A DNA stretch of 64,000 nucleotides from a virus (lineage: Duplodnaviria > Caudoviricetes), in IMG/VR virus record IMGVR_UViG_2799112278_000002, positions 1-64,000 of that record. One strand, 5' to 3'. The position numbers and the translations under genes were made by a program. Positions 35,703 to 44,710 of the stretch are shown in pieces. The notes beneath the pieces are model-generated. The model made no database searches, had not been told where the DNA came from, and worked only from the letters and a program-made list of their open reading frames with translations. The number at the start of each line of letters is the position of its first letter. Within the stretch, counting starts at the first letter, position 1.

Positions 35703-36063
35703 TATTCACTCCTTCTTCACCACTTAACGTAATACTACCGGGACCCATTCCCCCAGTAGGCAGTCCAAAAGGTTCAATCGCCACCATTTGGCGAGGTTCG
35801 GCATCTTTATCAATATGAACGAAGGGCACAAAACATAGTGCCTGTGACAAGGCATAGCTGCCGTCAAAATTACGCTGTTGCGTCTCCGTCTGAACGAGAC
35901 AACCTCCCGGAAGATTCATAACTTTAGTCGTTTTCATAAACCCTTGCTCATCGCTAGATGCTTTTGCCAGCAATGTAAACGGATTTGCAGCACCGTATAG
36001 TTGCAAATCTCGAATCACTGAACCGGCTTGATTGACCGTAGATGAGTTAAGCACTCTGTCCAA
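35554..36063 (-). CDS. Conserved phage hypothetical protein
   Basis: LAKASSDEQGFMKTTK..GCLVQTETQQRN.DGSYALSQAL, a motif familiar from other phage proteins. Confidence 0.65.
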   Translation of the reverse strand: MDRVLNSSTVNQAGSVIRDLQLYGAANPFTLLAKASSDEQGFMKTTKVMNLPGGCLVQTETQQRNFDGSYALSQALCFVPFVHIDKDAEPRQMVAIEPFGLPTGGMGPGSITLSGEEGVNSVETKRSGKNTGKESAARKQREAEAGGQTGSTTGTDTAGESTEGASNAK

Positions 36064-36110
36064 TTCGAATCACTCCTGCAATAAAAATAACGGCTATTCG
36101 CCGTCAATAC

Positions 36111-38339
36111 TTACATACCTATTTGGGCCGCGCTTAGCATTTCCCTGACGGCCGGCTGAGTCATGGTTTGTGGGTTGGGACGCTGCTGCACCTGTTGCGG
36201 CACCTGCGGTTGGCTTCCACCGGCAGCACTACTTACCTGCACGGCAGCATCATGGAACATCTGGATGACTTGCTCAGGGGGTATTCCTTGAATCATTTGC
36301 CCGACCTGAGCCTGTATTTCTGGCGGCATCTGTCCAAATAACATTTTAATCGCCCCATACAATTCTTGCGGCCCCATCTGGCTTATGGCCATTATCACTT
36401 GAGGCGGCAACTGCTGAAGAACAGGAACAAACGGATTCTGTTGCTGTATAGGTAATTCAATGCCGATCCTAGCAAGCATTTGAGCCTGCGCTTCCGGAGG
36501 AATGTCCTTTATGTTGATATTCCCAGTTAGCTTAATTGGAGTTTGTTGGCCAGCCTCTTGTTGAGCTTGCTGCCTTTCCATCCAGCGCTTCTTAATTTCT
36601 TCCCGATTCGGAATATCGGACATATCAATCAGCATGTCAAATACCATATCACCAGGTATACCAAGCTTAGATATAGCATCAACAAGCGCCCAGAATTGGC
36701 TTTGGCGCTGTGTAGCAGTGCTTGGCGTATCAGACACAACAATATCAAACTCGCCTACACTCAGGTCATTGAGCGTCTTATGTATGACACCCAATATAGG
36801 ATCTTCTACTTGGACCCTTTGATTGATCGTAATGAAATCCTGTTCGCCATTATCCCCCACGATTCTAAACGTTTTCTCATCCGTATAGTACTGTTGCACT
36901 AACCCCTTCTTGCCACGCTTGCCCCACATAATGAACAGTATCTGCTGTTTTGCACGGCGAAGATTATCAAAGAGCGCTCCAATATGAGTAACAGCCTGTC
37001 TCTGCCGGAGCTCGATCGCCTTGCCGCTTGCCGATTGCGAGATATCAGTACCAAGCATTCCTTCATTAATGCCCGATATATCCCGTATATCCTGCACAGC
37101 TTCCTGCTCAGCTTGAAACAGCCCCACCGGTGGATTCGGAGGATTAATACGCTGCAGCTTAGTCATCATCCCCGGCTTCGTTTCGATCATGACACCAGGC
37201 ATAGAGCCGAATTTGCGGACGTTCGATTTTTGTTTAGCATCGAAAACGCCCTCTTCATGAATCCAGCCACTATTAGCCTGAGTACCGAGTATATGTAGGG
37301 ATTGACTACGGCGCTTATTTACTTCTCGCTGTGGGTCCTTAATATCACGAACAACACCGGCCGGAATATCACCCTCACCAAGATAATAAGCAATAAAGGG
37401 AACATACGGAAACATGCCATGCTCATAAGGAGATTCCTTTTCTTCAAGAACATGCTCACCTATAAACACGGTGCAATAAGTCTTTGTAATCGGCAAGCTC
37501 ACCGGCCGTTTTACCTGACCGGAAACAAAATGATCAACCGTGATCTCTTCCTTTTTGAGCAAACTTTCTTTCCCATCGATCACGACTAAGTAGTATTGCT
37601 GAGATTCAGTACGCCGCCCCCAGCGTTCAACCAGCCTCAGTTTATGCGTGTTCTTTTGGTACCATAACGGTTCCAAGCCCACTAATGTAATATCTTCAGC
37701 CCGGTCATACTCATTCGTCGTAAAGTCAATGATATCGGCATGCTGCGGGTATACAGCTTTGAGCTCGTCTTTGTCTGCCCATTTACACCGGAAAAGAAAT
37801 TTAGCGTCGGAATAATCCGGCGCCACAGATTCAGGATCTGGATATATATCCATAGGGGAAACACGCTTTATCTTGATATCACCATCAAGCGAAGCATAAT
37901 CCCAGTCATAACATACCTCGAACCAGCCACGCCCGCAAATCGAACCATCAAGGAATACGGCCGACTCAACACTGGCATAATCGCACTGGTCCATAATGTA
38001 CTTGGTGACACCCTTGCGCACTGAACATAGATCAATGTCATTCTTAGTTCTCGGCAAAAACTCCGGTTCAAACCGGTTCAGCCTTTGATAACCAGAAAGC
38101 AAATTGATGAGCGGCTTTATCCGGTTAATCGTCAGCGTCGGCCTGCCTTGTTCATTAAGGATTTGCCGATCTCGATCATCCCACTGTTTGCCGCAGAAAA
38201 ACTCAATGTCTTCTCTGGCCTCAACTCGCCAGTCTCTATCCTTATCGACACTCGCTCTAAATTCGTCGCGGTATCGCATAAATTCCGGGCTATGGTCACT
38301 TTCTACTGTATCTTCCATAGGAACAGCAAACAAACTCAA
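36111..38339 (-). CDS. Portal protein (P22-like)
   Basis: FFCGKQW, PTLTINRIKP, DGSICGRGW, IKDPQREVNKRRS, DISGINE, SGKAIELRQ; Q-rich barrel tail. Confidence 0.9.
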   Translation of the reverse strand: MSLFAVPMEDTVESDHSPEFMRYRDEFRASVDKDRDWRVEAREDIEFFCGKQWDDRDRQILNEQGRPTLTINRIKPLINLLSGYQRLNRFEPEFLPRTKNDIDLCSVRKGVTKYIMDQCDYASVESAVFLDGSICGRGWFEVCYDWDYASLDGDIKIKRVSPMDIYPDPESVAPDYSDAKFLFRCKWADKDELKAVYPQHADIIDFTTNEYDRAEDITLVGLEPLWYQKNTHKLRLVERWGRRTESQQYYLVVIDGKESLLKKEEITVDHFVSGQVKRPVSLPITKTYCTVFIGEHVLEEKESPYEHGMFPYVPFIAYYLGEGDIPAGVVRDIKDPQREVNKRRSQSLHILGTQANSGWIHEEGVFDAKQKSNVRKFGSMPGVMIETKPGMMTKLQRINPPNPPVGLFQAEQEAVQDIRDISGINEGMLGTDISQSASGKAIELRQRQAVTHIGALFDNLRRAKQQILFIMWGKRGKKGLVQQYYTDEKTFRIVGDNGEQDFITINQRVQVEDPILGVIHKTLNDLSVGEFDIVVSDTPSTATQRQSQFWALVDAISKLGIPGDMVFDMLIDMSDIPNREEIKKRWMERQQAQQEAGQQTPIKLTGNINIKDIPPEAQAQMLARIGIELPIQQQNPFVPVLQQLPPQVIMAISQMGPQELYGAIKMLFGQMPPEIQAQVGQMIQGIPPEQVIQMFHDAAVQVSSAAGGSQPQVPQQVQQRPNPQTMTQPAVREMLSAAQIGM

Positions 38340-38755
38340 CCACCTCCACCTTTACGATTATTGGACCGCAAATACTCCTGAACCAGTTCAGGATTTACAA
38401 TGCTATGCTTACTGACCTCCTGCACTTCGTTATCAGAAGCCGCAGGATCGTACTTGCTTTGTATGAAAAGGTCAAGAAGTGTTTTGTACTTATAGGTGGG
38501 ATGGTCCGGCAGTTTCCATGGTGATGTGAAATGCACCAAGCCATCAGATTGAACGGATGTTTGTGCAGCAGGATCTCCAGCCTGTTGCGCTTTATAGAAT
38601 CCACGGTAATCGTAATGATGGTCTGGGCTATCAGGGTTAGGATCAAGTTGAAAGCCAGTCTTTATCGCAATACCATTGATAGTATCACCGTACCATTTCC
38701 TAAAAGCCTGTTCTTCTTCCGGATTTAACGTTACCACCCAGACCACCACCCACAA
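38336..38755 (-). CDS. Hypothetical protein (true start probably ~38737)
   Basis: YDYRGFYK..HFTSPWKLPDHPTY motif; overlaps the portal start. Confidence 0.55.
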   Translation of the reverse strand: MWVVVWVVTLNPEEEQAFRKWYGDTINGIAIKTGFQLDPNPDSPDHHYDYRGFYKAQQAGDPAAQTSVQSDGLVHFTSPWKLPDHPTYKYKTLLDLFIQSKYDPAASDNEVQEVSKHSIVNPELVQEYLRSNNRKGGGG

Positions 38756-38773
38756 AATAAAATAAACGGCCTA

Positions 38774-39034
38774 TTAGCCGTTTTTAACCGTAAAGCGAAT
38801 TGCAGACCTTTCTTCGCCGTCAATTTCCGTGTTAGCAAAACCCGGGATACACACCAAGTCAACTCCTTGCGGCGCTAAAAAACCTCGCGCAATGGCAATT
38901 GCTTTGACCGCCTGGTTTACTGCACCAGCACCGATTCCTTGCACCACTGCCTTTCCTTGCCCACGCACTGCACCAGCAATTGCACCAGCTACTTTACCAG
39001 GTACTGAATTAGACGATACTTTAATCAATTCCAT
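38774..39034 (-). CDS. spoVS: Stage V sporulation protein S homolog
   Basis: KVS..S.P..VAGAIAG..IGAGAVNQAVKAIAIARGF.AP.GVDL.CIP.F...IDGEER.AI, full 86-aa family signature. Confidence 0.93.
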   Translation of the reverse strand: MELIKVSSNSVPGKVAGAIAGAVRGQGKAVVQGIGAGAVNQAVKAIAIARGFLAPQGVDLVCIPGFANTEIDGEERSAIRFTVKNG

Positions 39035-39090
39035 GTTTGTTTCACTCCTTAATTTGCGTTTAAAATATAAACCATCTTTGACGGTCTATT

Positions 39091-39312
39091 TCATGAAAGA
39101 AAACCTATTTTGTTTAACAGCTTAGGCTCCAGTACACAAACAACATTTACATTTTTCATTTCAAAGCCGGTTTTGCCCTCACAATCCCTAAGCTCAATGA
39201 GGCCATCAATTTTATTAATAAACTTGTCATATACCGCTTTAGCCTCTTCATCTTTTACATTGGTAAAATACAGTACATGTCCGCTTATTAAATTAACCTC
39301 TAAATCTTTCAT
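39091..39312 (-). CDS. Hypothetical protein
   Basis: 73-aa ORF abutting neighbours in the operon. Confidence 0.55.
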   Translation of the reverse strand: MKDLEVNLISGHVLYFTNVKDEEAKAVYDKFINKIDGLIELRDCEGKTGFEMKNVNVVCVLEPKLLNKIGFLS

Positions 39313-39693
39313 TTACCGACTAGCCGGATGCTGGCACTGCAAATGATAACCTTCTAACTTCCAAATTTGACTGGCAGCATCTTCCCTTGCATATGTCTTG
39401 CCAATCGCCATATCGAAGTTGGCCGGATCAACACAACTGCCGGTACCGACGATTTCAAAACCATTCTTAAGGGTTAACAAGCACACGACTGTTTTCTTCC
39501 CCATTTTGATATACTCTTCAGATACAATGGCCTTGTCGATATCTTCCTGAGTTAAACTTACTTTGCTTGCATTTAAACTTACGGCAGCGGCTGGACCATT
39601 TGGCCACGTATGACCGCAGCTGCCGCAGATATTATTTCCATTAGGCCTTCTTTCGGTAGATACCCTAACACCCTGGCACTTTGGACATTTCAT
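39313..39693 (-). CDS. Zn-ribbon + phage gp49/66-family domain (Acb4-like sponge candidate)
   Basis: CPKC..CGSC followed by TVVCLLTLKNGFEIVG..SCVDPANFDMAIGK..IWKLEGY. Confidence 0.7.
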   Translation of the reverse strand: MKCPKCQGVRVSTERRPNGNNICGSCGHTWPNGPAAAVSLNASKVSLTQEDIDKAIVSEEYIKMGKKTVVCLLTLKNGFEIVGTGSCVDPANFDMAIGKTYAREDAASQIWKLEGYHLQCQHPASR

Positions 39694-39707
39694 AGTAATT
39701 CCTCCTG

Positions 39708-40226
39708 TCACTTTAAAAACAACCGCAAATGTTTTTCTACATCCTCAGACGAAAACATAATTCCCTCATCAGAAGTTGGTACTTGCAATTGCTTCTCCAT
39801 CCGATTAATAATTTTTTCATCCAGCCGTGAAATGGCTCGATTCCTTTCGCGGCAAACGTCTCCCGTCGTATCAACATTATAAATAACCAGAGTCTTACCA
39901 AACTCCCAGGCTATGTGCCGCCACATCTTACGCCGTTCAACAGTAGTATTAGTTGCATCAATAATGACTGTGTATCCTTGTTTTAGTAGTGTTCTGGCCA
40001 TGATCTGGGCTGTAGCCCACACAAACGGTTCAGCTAAATCAATAAACTGATTACCATGCATAGCTAACCTGATCGTGTCTGGACAAACAACCGCAACTTT
40101 GGCCGTAAAGCGTGAGCATTTTTCGACTAGTGTACTTTTCCCGCTTAACGGTAATCCCACTGTGATAATTAAGTCACCATGATGCAAAGGGTTTCGTGTG
40201 TTTCCATCATTTTGCATATTCATCAC
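39708..40226 (-). CDS. AAA_33/polynucleotide-kinase-like P-loop kinase
   Basis: VGLPLSGKST, VCPDTIR, IIDATNTTVERR, RERN. Confidence 0.8.
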   Translation of the reverse strand: MMNMQNDGNTRNPLHHGDLIITVGLPLSGKSTLVEKCSRFTAKVAVVCPDTIRLAMHGNQFIDLAEPFVWATAQIMARTLLKQGYTVIIDATNTTVERRKMWRHIAWEFGKTLVIYNVDTTGDVCRERNRAISRLDEKIINRMEKQLQVPTSDEGIMFSSEDVEKHLRLFLK

Positions 40227-40237
40227 CCTTTATTGCG

Positions 40238-40621
40238 TTATACCTTATTCATTCCCTCTACTCCGCGATTCTCACGGCCAATTGTACGTTTGCGCAACCA
40301 CAACAAAGCCTCTTCCAGTTTAGTAATGGCTACTGCGTTATCCCGGCAGGCAAACGGCCCCTTCTGGTAATGTTCCAGTCGGCAGATGATCATTGCAATC
40401 AAATCCTCATGGTTGACACCATTAACTCCACGTTCTTTAATAGGACCTTCTTGGAAGTGAATCTCCGCTAACGGAGTACCTGAACCATCCTTATTGCTTG
40501 CAATTACAGTAAAACAATGGGGTGCTCCAAACTGCATCAATTCCGTAGGTTCGTGATAAACCTCAGTGTATTTGCTCGTAAGCAGGTCATGTTGCAGTTT
40601 AACATGCTTTTCTTCAGACAT
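40238..40621 (-). CDS. tad1: Tad1-family anti-Thoeris/anti-CBASS sponge protein
   Basis: GAPH, IHFQEGP..GV..EDL....RL..YQ.GPF.CRDNA.A.TKLEEAL.WL..R..RE.RGVEG matches the Tad1 signature as recalled. Confidence 0.85.
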   Translation of the reverse strand: MSEEKHVKLQHDLLTSKYTEVYHEPTELMQFGAPHCFTVIASNKDGSGTPLAEIHFQEGPIKERGVNGVNHEDLIAMIICRLEHYQKGPFACRDNAVAITKLEEALLWLRKRTIGRENRGVEGMNKV

Positions 40622-40673
40622 TCATTTTCGCTCCTTTGTTGAAATATAATAACCGCCCTAATATTGGAGCGGC

Positions 40674-40829
40674 TTAATGTTGTTTAACCCTTTGAGGACA
40701 ATTTGCTACCTTAGGGCTCCTATTCACTTTGCACACATGATTATTATCCGGCCATCTTTCTAAGCCGGAATTAGGAGCATACCTTGCACATTGCTCCCTA
40801 GTACAACATAACTCCCGACGTTTACCCAT
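40674..40829 (-). CDS. Small Cys-rich protein
   Basis: 51 aa from ATG 40829, overlapping the upstream stop region. Confidence 0.4.
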   Translation of the reverse strand: MGKRRELCCTREQCARYAPNSGLERWPDNNHVCKVNRSPKVANCPQRVKQH

Positions 40830-40962
40830 CTGCAGCTTGCTCACTTGCCTTACGCTCAGCAGCTTTCTTTGCGCACACCGGGCCAAGCCCTTCTTCTTTC
40901 GACTTTTGTGTCTTCAGCTTCCGGCTGCACATGCCGCAACGCTCATGTAGGATCGGATTCAA
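40822..40962 (-). CDS. Small zinc-finger protein (DUF6011-like), not in the ORF track
   Basis: TTG start; RCGMCSRKLKTQKSKEEGLGPVCAKK. Confidence 0.65.
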   Translation of the reverse strand: MNPILHERCGMCSRKLKTQKSKEEGLGPVCAKKAAERKASEQAADG

Positions 40963-41440
40963 CTTTCTTCACCTTCTCTTTTTGCGTTATATACCGAACG
41001 CCACCCTTAGGTACGCTTGTCTGGTAGCCATTATCGCCTTTTAAAACATAGCAATCAGAATAATCTTCAACACTTTTGCAATCAAAATCAGTTACATTGT
41101 TATCATGCCAGCAGACCCGAACTGTTAAAATTGGCCTATCGCCAACTTCCCGATATGTTTTTGCATAGATACCAGGCTTAATAGCATAACGTTCACCTTC
41201 TACTCCGGTAATGATATGGTCATCTGGACTAATAAAAATAGGCCCCTCACGCGTTGCAATATACGGACGAAAACATTTACATCCCCCGCACCCCTGGTTT
41301 TCCTGCCGAGAACACCCACTAAGATCAACACCAAACTCACTATAACAACCTTCTTCTGGCTTAAAACCATCCTCCATCCCCAGTTGATAAAGTTCTGCAT
41401 CCACTTCAACCGGAATTTTGAAAACCTTTGGCACGAACAA
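40943..41440 (-). CDS. PGDYG-like domain protein with Cys-rich insert and C-terminal extra domain
   Basis: YIATREG..ISPDDHIITGVEGERYAIKPGIYAKTY. Confidence 0.65.
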   Translation of the reverse strand: MFVPKVFKIPVEVDAELYQLGMEDGFKPEEGCYSEFGVDLSGCSRQENQGCGGCKCFRPYIATREGPIFISPDDHIITGVEGERYAIKPGIYAKTYREVGDRPILTVRVCWHDNNVTDFDCKSVEDYSDCYVLKGDNGYQTSVPKGGVRYITQKEKVKKVESDPT

Positions 41441-41517
41441 CCACTTCCTTTTGCATATTTATACTAATGAATTTTTACTACGTCGGGAATTTTGATACTT
41501 TTATGCACCAAAATGAA

Positions 41518-42915
41518 TTAAACCGCCATCCAGCTGCGCGATTCTGATTCACCGCGGTATTTATCGCGTTTCTCTTTTTCCTTCGGTTTATCCGGAGTCC
41601 ACGGCCGGGATGTACATGCATACATCGTTTCATCAAAGGCATGATCCTCACCATTGGTATCAACCTTTTCAGGATTATGCTTATCATGTGTCAGCATTGG
41701 AAATGTCCTGATTGTATGGAAGCAGGTTTCAAAGAAAGTAATCCCCGGTATCTGCTTACCCTCTTTATCGGTGTAACCGGTTAGACGGATTTTTACCTGC
41801 TCAGCGCCAGCTTCACGACCTTTAGTAGAGGGAATAAAAAGAGTCTTGCTCTTTTCAGACAAGACGTTGTTAATTTCCTCTGCGACTGTCGGACCCTCTG
41901 TGCCGGTTTTATTCCAACAAGCACTATCCAATACTGCATAGGACATAGGCAAATCTTCTTTTTCAGCTTGAGCAATCTTTAATGCAACCTGTTTAGCCGT
42001 TTCTTTGGTACCTACATTGGCCTTGCCTCCATACCCATATAGCTCACGGTATTTCCACAAGCGACTGTCATAATCAACCGCATACCATCCAACAGAATAA
42101 GGATGATAGCTGCCCCAGTCCATCGCTCGGAATCTTGTCCACTCTCGCGGAATGGCAAAAGGCTTACAAACATGCAGGGAACTTGACCACATATCGTAAA
42201 AGCGGCCGCCGGTGATTCCCCATTCGCCTTCACCATATACCTTGTAGCCTTCTGGATCTTGCAGCTTCCTAAGCTCCATACGCCGGTAATACGCTTCATC
42301 AATAAACCGGTTATCCTTATAAGTGCTGTGATGAGTGAATATATCAGGACTGGTTATATCAAAGTATTTGGCTTTAATCCAATGCGAAGCGCTGACTGGG
42401 TTAAAGCTAAACGTCATCTGGTAATATAGGTTCGGGTTAAGCAAAATGCCGCGCAGCCGATCATCTAAAATATCAACATCGGACTCATCGAGCTCCGTTG
42501 CTTCTTCTACCCATATGAAAACTAATTTGCCAAATTCAAAGCTTACTGACTTAATTTTTTCACGCTGGCTATCATCTTTCATACCACGAAAAATGATCTT
42601 ATTACCTGTCCGATTACAGACAATTTCCATTGGACTTTGCCGAACGGTCCACAATACAGATGCAAGTTTGCCACAAATCCTGTTGATTGCAGCTTTTAAC
42701 TCAGCATAGGTACTGTCCCGGTGTGATTCATCGATCTTCCTGACTACCAGTAAATTCGCACCAGCGTTCTTTGGGTCCATGAGCTTCAGTATATAATCCT
42801 GCGCTATATTTACCGACTTACCGCTACCGGCGCTGCCTTTAGCGCATCGATACCGGCACCGCGTTCTGTTAAATTCCCGAAATATAGGATTAAACTGAAC
42901 GACAGTTTCAGCCAT
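41518..42915 (-). CDS. terL: Terminase large subunit (PBSX-like)
   Basis: KGSAGSGKS, IWVEEATE, SFNP, AMDWG, EDHAFDE. Confidence 0.93.
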   Translation of the reverse strand: MAETVVQFNPIFREFNRTRCRYRCAKGSAGSGKSVNIAQDYILKLMDPKNAGANLLVVRKIDESHRDSTYAELKAAINRICGKLASVLWTVRQSPMEIVCNRTGNKIIFRGMKDDSQREKIKSVSFEFGKLVFIWVEEATELDESDVDILDDRLRGILLNPNLYYQMTFSFNPVSASHWIKAKYFDITSPDIFTHHSTYKDNRFIDEAYYRRMELRKLQDPEGYKVYGEGEWGITGGRFYDMWSSSLHVCKPFAIPREWTRFRAMDWGSYHPYSVGWYAVDYDSRLWKYRELYGYGGKANVGTKETAKQVALKIAQAEKEDLPMSYAVLDSACWNKTGTEGPTVAEEINNVLSEKSKTLFIPSTKGREAGAEQVKIRLTGYTDKEGKQIPGITFFETCFHTIRTFPMLTHDKHNPEKVDTNGEDHAFDETMYACTSRPWTPDKPKEKEKRDKYRGESESRSWMAV

Positions 42916-43429
42916 CGTCCCCACCATCGCCGTAATCAATTACGATTCTAAGCTCAGTATCAATAGGGCCACCGCCCTCACCAGTATGTTCGACCTTCTT
43001 CTGCTCCTTGTACATGCCTTTCATTTCAAAAAACAGCTTAATAGCCGAAACATCGCCCATCTTCGCCTTACGAATAAGCGCTTTCCAAACCTCTGCCGTC
43101 TCGGCATCCGTATACTGATTAATAAGGCTGTTGAGATAAGCAACAAAGTTCGGATCTTGCATCCAAACCCACAAAGTTTTATAGGTAATCCCGGCATCCT
43201 TCGCTTTTTGCTCTTTGGTCCCGCGATTTTCAGGATTAACAAGTAATCGAGCAATCGCTATTTGCTTCGCGTGAGGAACCCATTCATTACTTTTCATTAC
43301 GTCAACCGGAGTATCCGCAGCAACCTTATCTGCCGGTTTCTTTCGGGTATTTCTTGTGTTCCCCGGCTTCTTCCGCTTAGCCTTGCTTACCTTTTCTTGA
43401 CCTTCTACCTTTTGCTTTGTCATCATCAT
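42908..43429 (-). CDS. terS: Terminase small subunit-like HTH protein
   Basis: AKDAGITYKTLWVWMQDPNF..GDVSAIKLFFE..KVEHTGEGGGPI, directly upstream of terL. Confidence 0.7.
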   Translation of the reverse strand: MMMTKQKVEGQEKVSKAKRKKPGNTRNTRKKPADKVAADTPVDVMKSNEWVPHAKQIAIARLLVNPENRGTKEQKAKDAGITYKTLWVWMQDPNFVAYLNSLINQYTDAETAEVWKALIRKAKMGDVSAIKLFFEMKGMYKEQKKVEHTGEGGGPIDTELRIVIDYGDGGDDG

Positions 43430-44042
43430 CACCTGCCAATATGTTCGGAATATCAGCATCAGGCGCTGACCAATGTATTCCATATGTTTCAATAATTGCA
43501 CGGAAGTCTTCGACATCATGCGGTACCAGCTTGCCGGACATCGGTATATGCTTGAGCTCATGCCACATCAATAAGGCCATCTGTGCCTCACTCATATAAT
43601 CTACATGCGGCTCGTACACCGTAATTATGTACTGATAATCCATAAATGCCCTGAAAGGCGGCTTTACCTTACGACAGTCAGCATGAACCATCTTGCCTGT
43701 TGCCCTGTCCGTTTTAGGCTCGTAACTGAGTACATAAGCAATGTTCTCGCGGCCTATATACTCATCTATAAACCACAAATCCGGCATCTTCGAGATAACC
43801 TTGCTGGCTAATTCCCGCAGCGCCGGAGATATTTCACAGTCATAACACTGTATATCTTCAGTGTCATAGTCTTTTATGATAATAGTCTCAATGTCACAGG
43901 GAGTATCATCTTCATACACCAAGTTAAGCTCGAGCTTTATGTCGAAGCGCTTTTTTCCTGCTGCTTCCATTTGGGCCTTGTTGCGTCTTTTTAAGATTAC
44001 TCCCTTTACCGGTACAATTACATGGTCCCCTTTATCGAACAT
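43377..44042 (-). CDS. Putative phage metallopeptidase
   Basis: YIITVY..LMWHELKHI..HDVEDFRAIIETYG. Confidence 0.75.
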   Translation of the reverse strand: MFDKGDHVIVPVKGVILKRRNKAQMEAAGKKRFDIKLELNLVYEDDTPCDIETIIIKDYDTEDIQCYDCEISPALRELASKVISKMPDLWFIDEYIGRENIAYVLSYEPKTDRATGKMVHADCRKVKPPFRAFMDYQYIITVYEPHVDYMSEAQMALLMWHELKHIPMSGKLVPHDVEDFRAIIETYGIHWSAPDADIPNILAGDDDDKAKGRRSRKGKQG

Positions 44043-44054
44043 AAGCGCTCATCC

Positions 44055-44354
44055 TTATGCTTTATCGTCTGCCTCATAACGGGCCACACCCTGTAGCGAA
44101 TACCCCGCACAATCTGCCCAAGGATTCTCGCCGAATGCCCTAATGTCCCCTTTGGCTATCCTGCTGAACTTATCTAAGATGCGCACTATGATTAGAGCAT
44201 CTTTGAATTGGTCTAAGCTTATCCCGTTCGGGTACAGAATGCACAGTATACCCTCTACCGTCGTTATGGCCTCACCGTAGGCTTTATCCTTTTGATCTAC
44301 CAGTTGGCCGATTCGATTCCCGACGACTTGAAATCTCCCTTGCACTTGCTCCAT
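44055..44354 (-). CDS. Conserved phage hypothetical protein
   Basis: KDKAYG..LYPNGI..RILDKFSRIA..ENPWADCAGYSL. Confidence 0.6.
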   Translation of the reverse strand: MEQVQGRFQVVGNRIGQLVDQKDKAYGEAITTVEGILCILYPNGISLDQFKDALIIVRILDKFSRIAKGDIRAFGENPWADCAGYSLQGVARYEADDKA

Positions 44355-44633
44355 TAGGCTCTTTCCTCCTATCTTTACACGGCATATGATGCTGCCGGCC
44401 ACATTCATGATAATCAGAAGAGTAATACGGGCAAGTCTTGTCGTAACATGTGCGTTCGCTCATTTCTTTTTCCCCCGATAAATAATAATGCCGCCCTATT
44501 CGGACGGCACATACTCAAAATGCTTGAATATCATTGGGCTTATGATCCTTTGCTTTTTAACAGGATCTTTGATCTTATCAGTTTTTTCTTGCTGCTTAGA
44601 CGCTACGTTCATTTTAACCTCCGTTAAATGTTT

Positions 44634-44707
44634 TGGTGGAGCGACTAGGAGTCGAACCTAGGACTGTCGGGTTACGGCCGAGCGTGATACCATTTCACCA
44701 TCACTCC
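44634..44707 (-). tRNA. Atypical tRNA with GTA (Tyr) anticodon
   Basis: GGAGTGA/TCGCTCC acceptor, GTGA/TCAC D stem, CTAGG-TTCGACT-CCTAG T arm, A73, CCA. Loop is CCGTAAC, with a 4-nt variable loop. Confidence 0.75.
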
Positions 44708-44710
44708 ATT

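Noticed and set aside
41440-41518. SigF/SigG promoter for the anti-defence island
   Set aside because: A GCATA is present, but the spacing to any -10-like element does not fit convincingly.
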